NCBI GenBank assembly: GCA_002480485.1
Contig: DLCF01000158.1
Span: 9,826-73,825, forward strand
DNA from: Planctomycetaceae bacterium UBA7805
GTDB lineage: Bacteria > Planctomycetota > Planctomycetia > Pirellulales > UBA7805
Direction: 5' to 3'
Length of the DNA: 64,000 nucleotides
A program made the position numbers and the translations under genes. The notes beneath the pieces were generated by a model. The model saw only the letters and a list, made by a program, of their open reading frames with translations, searched no databases and was not told the DNA's origin. Positions 57,044-64,000 of the stretch are shown in pieces. Each line of letters begins with the position of its first letter. The stretch's first letter is position 1.

Positions 57044-59710
57044 CTATTCCTTGGTGATGGTCTCGTCAAGGTTCAGCAGGGTATTGGCAACGCATACCCA
57101 AGCAGCTCGTTCCTGGACACTACCTGGAAAATTCGTCGATGATTCCTCGTATCTGGTACCAGCAAGCTTCATCGCATCGTCCGGAGCGATTTGCAAAGAT
57201 TTCCGCTGATCATTCAACAAACTCATCAAGACAGAAAGATCCTCTTCGCTAGGCGACCGGGCAACGCACAATTTGAAAGCTTGTCGCAACCGATCGCGAT
57301 CATTCGCAAGATCTGACTTAAGAATACGATTTGCCAGGCCCTGAGCCATCTCAAGAAACGCCTCATCATTCAGAAGCGTTAAGGCCTGCAACGGGGTATT
57401 GGTCGTGGGACGCTGCACCACGCATCGGGTTCTATCGGGCGCGTCAAAATTCACAAAACTCGGATAGGGTGCAACGCGTCGCCATACAACATAGATGCCG
57501 CGGCGGTAACGGTCCGGACCCTCATTCACTCGATAGACCGGTTCACCACGTCCAGTCTGTCGCCAGATTTTCGGTGGCTGAGGCGGGTAGACCGGCGGGC
57601 CGCCGAATTCCTGCCCGAGAAGATCCGAGATCGCGAGTCCATTATCACGGATAAGTTCTGCCGGAAGGCGAAACCGCGGACCTCGAGACAGAAAAATATT
57701 TTTCGGATCGCGATTTTTATCAGTTTCGCGCTGCACGGACGATTGCTGATAAGTGACTGATGTGACGATCTGCCGGATCAACCATTTAGTTGACCAATTT
57801 TGCTCCATGAACCGCACTGCGAGCCAATCCAAGAGATGTGGATGGGAAGGTGGCGAGCCCTGCACGCCGAAGTCCTCACCCGAGGCAACGAATCCTGAAC
57901 CGAAAATTTCTTTCCAGATTTGATTGACACGCACGCGGGCAGTCAATGGATTTTCTTTATCGATCAACCATTGCGCTAGCCCAAGTCTGTCAGGCGACGC
58001 GTCGTCACGCAGCGGATGCAATGCAGAAGGGACACCCGGGTTAACTTGATGCGTGGGCGTTAAGAAATTTCCACGCTTGAAAATGCGCGTCGTCCGTGGT
58101 GACGCCATCTCCAGCATTACTAATGTCGTACCCGGTTCTTTCTCTTTCTGATCTTGTTTGAGTGCTTTAACCTTAAGTCCGTGTTCCTTCACAATCGAGT
58201 CTGTTTTCCAGAATGCCATGTGGAGTTCTTCCTGCGCCGCCACATCTCGATCCAAAGGTTCCTCCGCGATGATCCATTTCTTGAATTTTGCGATCATTCC
58301 TGCAGTGATTCCATCGCCGGGCTTGATCTTCCCCGTTATGATTTGTTGCTCCCAATCCGAATAACGAGCAAGTGCATCTTGCTTTGACTGTCGTAGTTCG
58401 AATTCAGCCTGCTCGATTTTGGAATCTAGCGATTTCCATTGCTGTTGCATCGCGTCTGTCGATGCTAACTCCATGCGCGGACCATAAAAGTCGAATTGGA
58501 CGCCATCCCGATTGGTATTCTCCACTTCTAGCGGCGTGTTATTAAAAAAGGCGAAGAGGCGATAGTAATCTTTTTGCGTAAACGGATCATACTTGTGATT
58601 ATGGCATTGCGCACATTCCAGGGTGGTCCCTAGCCAAACCGTCGCGGTCGTATTCACCCGATCAATCACTTGGTTGGTTCGATTCTCTTCCGGATCAACC
58701 CCCGCCTCGATGTTACATGTTGGGGTTCGGTGAAAACCGGTAGCAATTTTCTGGGCGTCGGTTGCATTCGGCAGCAAATCACCAGCGAGTTGCTCCACCG
58801 TGAACTGGTCATATGGCATGTCTGCATTCATGGCCGAGATCACCCAGTCCCGATAGGGCCAAAGATCTCGCAATTGATCGGCCTGATATCCATTGGAATC
58901 GCTGTACCTAGCCAAATCGAGCCAATCGCGGGACCATTTCTCACCGAAACGAGGTGAAGAGAGCAATCGATCTACCAGTGCTTCATAGGCTTGCGGTGAT
59001 GGATCGTTTTGAAAATCAACAACCGCCTTTATCGACGGTGGCAAACCAATGAGATCAAGGTAAAGCCGGCGCACCAGGATGGCTGGATCTGCTGGCGGGC
59101 TCGGAGTGAGTCCCTGCTGAATAAGTCGCGCTCGGATGAAACCATCAATCGGATGGTTCGTGTCTAGCTGTCGATGGCCTCGGGAAATGTCTGGCAGCGG
59201 AACAGGCCGCAGCAAGGGTTTACTATAGGCCCAATGGTCTTCGGGCGGGGGCGCATCAGTGCCTACATGGTCAGGCCACTGGTAACCCGAATCAATCCAA
59301 CGCGCCAGAACGTCGATTTGTGCTTCACTGAGCGGATCTTCATCTAGCGGCATTCGCTCATCGGCATCCCTGCTTGTCAGCCGGTGAAGCAGCAAACTTC
59401 CCACGGCCGAATCCCCGAACAGCTGGCCCGAAACACCCCCATGCAACGCCGCTTTTCTGGAATCAAGGCGGAGTTGTCCCTGTTGCTCATCAGGGCCGTG
59501 ACAGCCGATGCATTGTTGCACAAGGATTGGCCAGACTTCACGCTCGAAATCAACCGGCTGAACCTCTTTGTGTTCCATCGCAGACACTGTCAGTGTCGAG
59601 AGAATAAAGCCGACACACACCAGAACTCGTGCGAAATTTTTCGCTCGGGATTGTAAGAGTAAGATCGACAAAAAATCCATCACGTCAGTCCGGAAGGGAT
59701 ATGGATTCAA
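57044..59710 (-). CDS. PSCyt (planctomycete cytochrome c-like) / DUF1549 / DUF1553 protein
   Basis: CIGCHGPDEQQGQLRLD (CxxCH, PSCyt1-like). DUF1549 region. CAQCHNHKYDPFTQKDYYRLFAFFNN (DUF1553 signature). Confidence 0.9.
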   Translation of the reverse strand: MNPYPFRTDVMDFLSILLLQSRAKNFARVLVCVGFILSTLTVSAMEHKEVQPVDFEREVWPILVQQCIGCHGPDEQQGQLRLDSRKAALHGGVSGQLFGDSAVGSLLLHRLTSRDADERMPLDEDPLSEAQIDVLARWIDSGYQWPDHVGTDAPPPEDHWAYSKPLLRPVPLPDISRGHRQLDTNHPIDGFIRARLIQQGLTPSPPADPAILVRRLYLDLIGLPPSIKAVVDFQNDPSPQAYEALVDRLLSSPRFGEKWSRDWLDLARYSDSNGYQADQLRDLWPYRDWVISAMNADMPYDQFTVEQLAGDLLPNATDAQKIATGFHRTPTCNIEAGVDPEENRTNQVIDRVNTTATVWLGTTLECAQCHNHKYDPFTQKDYYRLFAFFNNTPLEVENTNRDGVQFDFYGPRMELASTDAMQQQWKSLDSKIEQAEFELRQSKQDALARYSDWEQQIITGKIKPGDGITAGMIAKFKKWIIAEEPLDRDVAAQEELHMAFWKTDSIVKEHGLKVKALKQDQKEKEPGTTLVMLEMASPRTTRIFKRGNFLTPTHQVNPGVPSALHPLRDDASPDRLGLAQWLIDKENPLTARVRVNQIWKEIFGSGFVASGEDFGVQGSPPSHPHLLDWLAVRFMEQNWSTKWLIRQIVTSVTYQQSSVQRETDKNRDPKNIFLSRGPRFRLPAELIRDNGLAISDLLGQEFGGPPVYPPQPPKIWRQTGRGEPVYRVNEGPDRYRRGIYVVWRRVAPYPSFVNFDAPDRTRCVVQRPTTNTPLQALTLLNDEAFLEMAQGLANRILKSDLANDRDRLRQAFKLCVARSPSEEDLSVLMSLLNDQRKSLQIAPDDAMKLAGTRYEESSTNFPGSVQERAAWVCVANTLLNLDETITKE

Positions 59711-59815
59711 CTTCCCTTATTGTATCAGACCTTGCACCGGCTGATGACTGTAAATTTTTCCCTTCTCTCGCGCAATACGGACGCACAACACGGGAAACCC
59801 ACAGGAATTTTAGTT

Positions 59816-60862
59816 TTAAACAAGTCGCGACCAAGCCGTATTGATTGGTGGCGCAAATTCGGGTGGACCGATTTGCTGCGGGTGCAAAAGATGAGCCAAA
59901 ATTTCAAGACTATCCACGAGTCGAGGACCGCTTCGATTAAAATATGCATTCCCATCGACCGCATACATTGCTCCGTGATGAACCGCGTGGAGCGATCGGA
60001 AAATGGGATCATGCAAAGACTTTACCTCCTCACACGCTCGCTGCAGATCAAATCCGCAAGGGCAAAAGATCACAATCTCCGGATCAAAGGTGCTGATGTC
60101 CTCCCACGTAATGAAATGGCTTTTTCCAGACGTTTCAAAATCGGGGCCTCGGCCACCCGCGAGCCGAAGCATTTCGGGCATCCAATTTCCGGCGATCATT
60201 ATCGGATCAATCCATTCGATCAGGGCTGTACGGGGTCGCGATTCGTGAGGTATCAGGTCTACATTACACTGAATCCGATTTACCCGTTCCCGTAAAGAAT
60301 GCACGACATATTTCGCAAATGGTGCCACACCGCATACACGGGCGATATGCAGCATATCGTCAAAAACATCATCTAGAGAGTGCGGCTGTAGTGCGAGTAT
60401 GGAGGCCGAATCTGATACTCCCGCTCGTGCGACAGCGGTCATAACATCTGAGTACTCGATCGCACAAACAGCACACTTCGATTGCGTAATGACCAGATCC
60501 GGACTTAGTTTCTCAAGTAAGGCAATATCGATATCGTACAGTGGATTTCCGGCAACTAATCGCTGCTGGACAGCGCTATCGATATCCGCGCTCTGGCGGG
60601 AATCATCAATGTGAGAGATTGTTGCCTTTGGTTTTTTACAAACCTCGGGAGGCGAATCACATGCATGGCTTACGGCGACTACCCGATCCCCCAGACCAAG
60701 TGCGTAGAGCATCTCTGTGGCACTTGGTAGCAGGGAAACGATTCGGGTAGGCGATTTCATCACGGAGTTCTCGAGGTCTATTACGCCAGCGAAGATGCCT
60801 TTGATTATCTGCCAGAGCACGCAGCGAGACCAGTCGCTAAAAATAGCAGGGGTATCGGTCAA
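59816..60862 (-). CDS. BtuF/FhuD-like periplasmic-binding-protein fold protein without a signal peptide
   Basis: RIVSLLPSATEMLYALGLGDRVVAVS and PDLVI motifs of class III substrate-binding proteins. The ORF opens at TTG 60862. ATG 60760 (MKSPTRIV) is more likely, and neither start yields a leader peptide. Confidence 0.7.
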   Translation of the reverse strand: MTDTPAIFSDWSRCVLWQIIKGIFAGVIDLENSVMKSPTRIVSLLPSATEMLYALGLGDRVVAVSHACDSPPEVCKKPKATISHIDDSRQSADIDSAVQQRLVAGNPLYDIDIALLEKLSPDLVITQSKCAVCAIEYSDVMTAVARAGVSDSASILALQPHSLDDVFDDMLHIARVCGVAPFAKYVVHSLRERVNRIQCNVDLIPHESRPRTALIEWIDPIMIAGNWMPEMLRLAGGRGPDFETSGKSHFITWEDISTFDPEIVIFCPCGFDLQRACEEVKSLHDPIFRSLHAVHHGAMYAVDGNAYFNRSGPRLVDSLEILAHLLHPQQIGPPEFAPPINTAWSRLV

Positions 60863-60972
60863 ATACAGCGACCTCTTTTTTAAGGGCCCTTTCTAGGTTA
60901 GGCTACGCCTTCCTCTTTCCGGATTCTTTCGTTTCACTCCTAATCGCCGTAAACGTTTGCAACGAGCCTTTT

Positions 60973-62205
60973 ATGTCTGATCCCTACTTTCAACAGTTGT
61001 TCGCCGACCGTATCGGAGGTGCCGCATACGGTAAGGGAACTGATATTTATAAATTTGAGAAGATCAAACGAGCAAAAAGGAAGGCTTTAGCAGAACATCC
61101 CGAACGAGAACTTTTGGATTTTGGCATCGGAGAAAACGATTCCATGGCAGATCCGACCGTGCGTGAAGCGATGGCCCGGGAAATAAACCTGCCGGAAAAT
61201 CGAGGGTACGCCGATAATGGAATCGGTGAATTTACAGAGGCTGTTTCTCGATTCATGTCTCGCAGTCTGGGAGTTTCACTCGATGCAGAGACTCAGATTA
61301 ATCATTCGATCGGATCAAAGCCCGCCCTGGCCATGCTGCCTGCAGCTTTTATCAATCCGGGCGATGTGACACTGATGACGGTCCCCGGTTATCCGGTCGC
61401 GGGAACGCACACCAAATACTATGGGGGAAGCGTCTACGCACTTCCGCTATTAGCCGAGAATAACTTCCTCCCGGATCTCGATTCGATTCCGGAGGATGTT
61501 CGAAGGAACGCAAAGTTACTGGTGCTAAATTATCCCAACAGCCCCACCGGTAAAACGGCGACTATCGATTTTTATGAGCGGGTCGTTCGATTTTGCCAAC
61601 AACACCAGATTGTGGTAATACAGGATGCTGCGCACATCATGCTGAGTTTCGACAGTCCGCCATTGAGTTTTCTTTCTGTCGATGGGGCCATCGAAGTGGG
61701 TGTCGAGAGCCATTCGCTCTCCAAGGGCTTCGACATGATTGGCTGGCGGATGGGGTGGGTATGTGGGAACGAACGGATTGTCCGCGCCTTTTCCGACGTC
61801 AAAGACAATACAGACTCGGGGCAATTCATCGCCATTCAGAAAGCGGCTATCGCGGCCCTGGATAACGATGCAATACCAGAGGCGGTTGCTGCGAAATATC
61901 AACGCCGATTAGAGAAGCTGGTAGCCATGTTATCGCGTTGTGGAATTCCCGCTAGCATGCCCGGTGGAACCTATTTTCTCTACACACCCAGCCCGAAACG
62001 GGTTGCCGGCGGATTGACCTTTGAGTCTGCAGAATCGGCCAGCCAATATTTAATTACCGAACATTCGATTTGCACCGTGCCCTGGGATGATGCCGGACCT
62101 TATCTGCGATTTTCAGTAACCTATGAAGCGGAAGATGCGAGCCAGGAGGATCGACTGATGGCAGAAACCGAGTCACGGCTCAAGGACATTTCTTTTGAAT
62201 TCTGA
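60973..62205 (+). CDS. dapL: Class I/II PLP aminotransferase, LL-diaminopimelate aminotransferase (DapL)-like
   Basis: N-terminal ...YKFEKIKRAKRKA...DFGIGEND... PLP lysine context HSLSKGFDMIGWRMGW. Also NYPNSPTG. Confidence 0.7.
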   Translation: MSDPYFQQLFADRIGGAAYGKGTDIYKFEKIKRAKRKALAEHPERELLDFGIGENDSMADPTVREAMAREINLPENRGYADNGIGEFTEAVSRFMSRSLGVSLDAETQINHSIGSKPALAMLPAAFINPGDVTLMTVPGYPVAGTHTKYYGGSVYALPLLAENNFLPDLDSIPEDVRRNAKLLVLNYPNSPTGKTATIDFYERVVRFCQQHQIVVIQDAAHIMLSFDSPPLSFLSVDGAIEVGVESHSLSKGFDMIGWRMGWVCGNERIVRAFSDVKDNTDSGQFIAIQKAAIAALDNDAIPEAVAAKYQRRLEKLVAMLSRCGIPASMPGGTYFLYTPSPKRVAGGLTFESAESASQYLITEHSICTVPWDDAGPYLRFSVTYEAEDASQEDRLMAETESRLKDISFEF

Positions 62206-62352
62206 TTTTAAATTTCTCGGCGACTTTTCGTCAATAAAAAGATGATCACTATACTAGGTAAAATTCAATTTGTGCCACACACATTAATGCGAATTGTCGC
62301 GGCACCATCGCCCGAACGATTGAGACAACCTTGGGAGGAGGCAAAAAATAGC

Positions 62353-63291
62353 ATGTGGAAACTTCGAATCCAACACCGGCTATTAATTTCTATTTTGATG
62401 GTATCGCCTCTGCTCATCAATTTAGCCGGGTGCGGAGGTGGCACAACGAAAAAAAAACAACTATCACCAGCAGCCCAGCTGGCCCAGGCAAAAAAAATCA
62501 CCGCCCCGGATGAGCGAAGTCAAGCATTAACGGCCGTTGCACTGCGATATTTGAAAGCGGCCGACAGTGGCGGTGCACGCAGTGCCCTAATTCTGGCGGT
62601 CCAGTCCGCGGACCAAATTAAAAAGAGAGATGCCTCCAAACGGGCAGCGACGTACATCTTGCTTGCCGGGGCCTGGTATCAGGTTGAGGGAAATAACAAA
62701 GATGAGTGCAAAGATGCATATCGCGATGCCGAGAAATCGATTGATCGGATCAAGAATCCCGTGGAGAAAACAGAAGCGTTACTGGATCTGGCGGAATTGA
62801 AAGATAATATCGACAAAAAATCTTCTGCCAAAGAACATCTTGATGACGCGACCGAGGGTGTTCAAAAGATTGAAGATCCGGTCGAGCGGGTGCGTTTGCT
62901 AGGTAAACTAGCAAGATTTTACGTCACAATTGGTCAGGACCAAGATGCAACTACGACCATCGGTGTAGCGTTACAATTGGCTGACGACGAACCGGATGCA
63001 GGCAAGAAGGCTGCGTTGTTAATCCGCATTGCCGGTGAACAAATGGGGGCGCTTGATGATCGTCCTCAAGGCATCAAAACACTGGCCGAGGCGCGAAAAC
63101 TGGTCGACGGCCTTGCCGAAAATCCGAATCGTAAGGCAAATCTAATGATTGATATTGCCCAAGTTTATCTCGATACGGATCAAAAATCGAAGGCACGCGA
63201 CCTTCTAAATGCGGCCGAAAAAATTTGCCGCGGGAGATCCGAATGTAAGCCGGCCATGAAGCGGATCGAAAAAATTCGCGTCAAGATGTAG
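62353..63291 (+). CDS. Putative lipoprotein with helical (TPR-like) repeats
   Basis: GGGAGGAGG lies 11 nt before ATG 62353. Lipobox LINLAGC. Remainder is alpha-helical and repeat-like. The ORF opens at 62242. Confidence 0.65.
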   Translation: MWKLRIQHRLLISILMVSPLLINLAGCGGGTTKKKQLSPAAQLAQAKKITAPDERSQALTAVALRYLKAADSGGARSALILAVQSADQIKKRDASKRAATYILLAGAWYQVEGNNKDECKDAYRDAEKSIDRIKNPVEKTEALLDLAELKDNIDKKSSAKEHLDDATEGVQKIEDPVERVRLLGKLARFYVTIGQDQDATTTIGVALQLADDEPDAGKKAALLIRIAGEQMGALDDRPQGIKTLAEARKLVDGLAENPNRKANLMIDIAQVYLDTDQKSKARDLLNAAEKICRGRSECKPAMKRIEKIRVKM

Positions 63292-63317
63292 CTTGTTCCA
63301 ATAGCTGCTTGATTGCG

Positions 63318-63845
63318 CTAGCTGCCAGACGCTTGCATATGCTCTTTCACATAGCGAAGAATGTCCCGGATGGAAATCACCCCTACCGGGCGGTCCCCTT
63401 CGACAATTGGGATGTGACGATATCTCCCTATCGCCATTTTATGCACCGCGAAAATAATCTTATTTTCGGCTTCAAGTGTGCCCGGTAACGGAGTCATGAA
63501 CTCGCTGATAGGTCGGTCGCGAAGTGCGTTGAACTCAACTCCAACTCGATTGACCGCATCCCGCTCACTGAAAATCCCCAACAGCTTGTCATCTTCGGTC
63601 ACCAGAATAGACCCGATCTTGTTCTCTAGCATGATGTGCAATGCGTCCTCCAACGGCGTTCCCGGGGATGTCGTCACCGGCTGCTTCGGATGAAGCGATT
63701 GAATCTGATCCCGGAGCATACCGTCACCCACCGGTGAAGGAGCACGCTGAGGTTTATTTAACATCGTCAGCGATTGGCCACAGGACTCGCAAGTATCAAC
63801 GCCATCAATGTTTTCTACACCACAATCTGGACAAATCAGTGCCAT
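63318..63845 (-). CDS. CBS-pair domain protein with N-terminal zinc ribbon
   Basis: CPDCG...CESCG zinc ribbon, followed by two CBS motifs (GSILVTEDDKLLGIFSERD; HIPIVEGDRPVGVISIRD). Confidence 0.85.
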   Translation of the reverse strand: MALICPDCGVENIDGVDTCESCGQSLTMLNKPQRAPSPVGDGMLRDQIQSLHPKQPVTTSPGTPLEDALHIMLENKIGSILVTEDDKLLGIFSERDAVNRVGVEFNALRDRPISEFMTPLPGTLEAENKIIFAVHKMAIGRYRHIPIVEGDRPVGVISIRDILRYVKEHMQASGS

Positions 63846-64000
63846 ATGTCTGCTCCCTTTTGCTGCTACACAATCTTGGTGAGCTGCTTGACACGCCGCC
63901 TCGAAATCGACCGCCAGAAAACAGCGCTATCAACACTTTCTTATCGATGTTTTGGAGGGTCTCTTACAGTAGGATCCGATTTCTAGGAAACCTCCCAGGT

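Noticed and set aside
60863-60972. Cobalamin riboswitch upstream of the BtuF-like gene, or lysine riboswitch upstream of dapL
   Set aside because: The shared divergent spacer is only 110 bp. It lacks the B12-box or lysine-element core sequences I can recall, and it is too short for either aptamer plus an expression platform.

Overview
This is a gene-dense 64-kb chromosomal segment with about 50 protein-coding genes. Reading by eye, I found no rRNA, tRNA, CRISPR array, IS element, integrase or phage genes. The gene content suggests a member of the Planctomycetota. Supporting signs are an abutting PSCyt/DUF1549/DUF1553 + DUF1501 gene pair, a 1226-aa SecA, a Ser/Thr kinase with a receiver-like tail, and many secreted or Tat-signal orphan proteins. 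This taxonomic call is inference, not a database result.

Positions 1-11184 (minus strand) hold a glycan/O-antigen-type locus that continues past the left edge. In transcription order it encodes a phosphoglycosyl transferase, a polysaccharide deacetylase, Wzm, Wzt, a GT-B glycosyltransferase, an O-antigen-ligase/Wzy-like protein and two AsnB-type amidotransferases. The second amidotransferase is absent from the ORF track because it runs off the window edge.

The rest of the window is mostly housekeeping:
- an orphan Soj-like parA, der, ung
- an rpmA-obg-coaX-(mnmE-like) string
- an S41 protease, secA, waaA, mutM, arsC
- an amt-glnK/B-glnD nitrogen module
- a PduO-type adenosyltransferase, fumC, a stand-alone EF-G and a DapL-like aminotransferase

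I see no convincing mobile, defence or toxin system. The best candidates for unexplored biology are:
- the glycan locus
- a divergent pair made of a small helical protein and an 866-aa orphan protein next to the kinase
- an MnmE-like GTPase lacking the C-terminal CxGK motif
- a co-directional sulfotransferase / beta-propeller / DoxX / AhpD-like / double-YHS cluster
- the Soj-like ParA followed by 707 bp of non-coding DNA where parB would normally sit

All family calls come from motif recognition on the supplied translations. None has been verified by a search.
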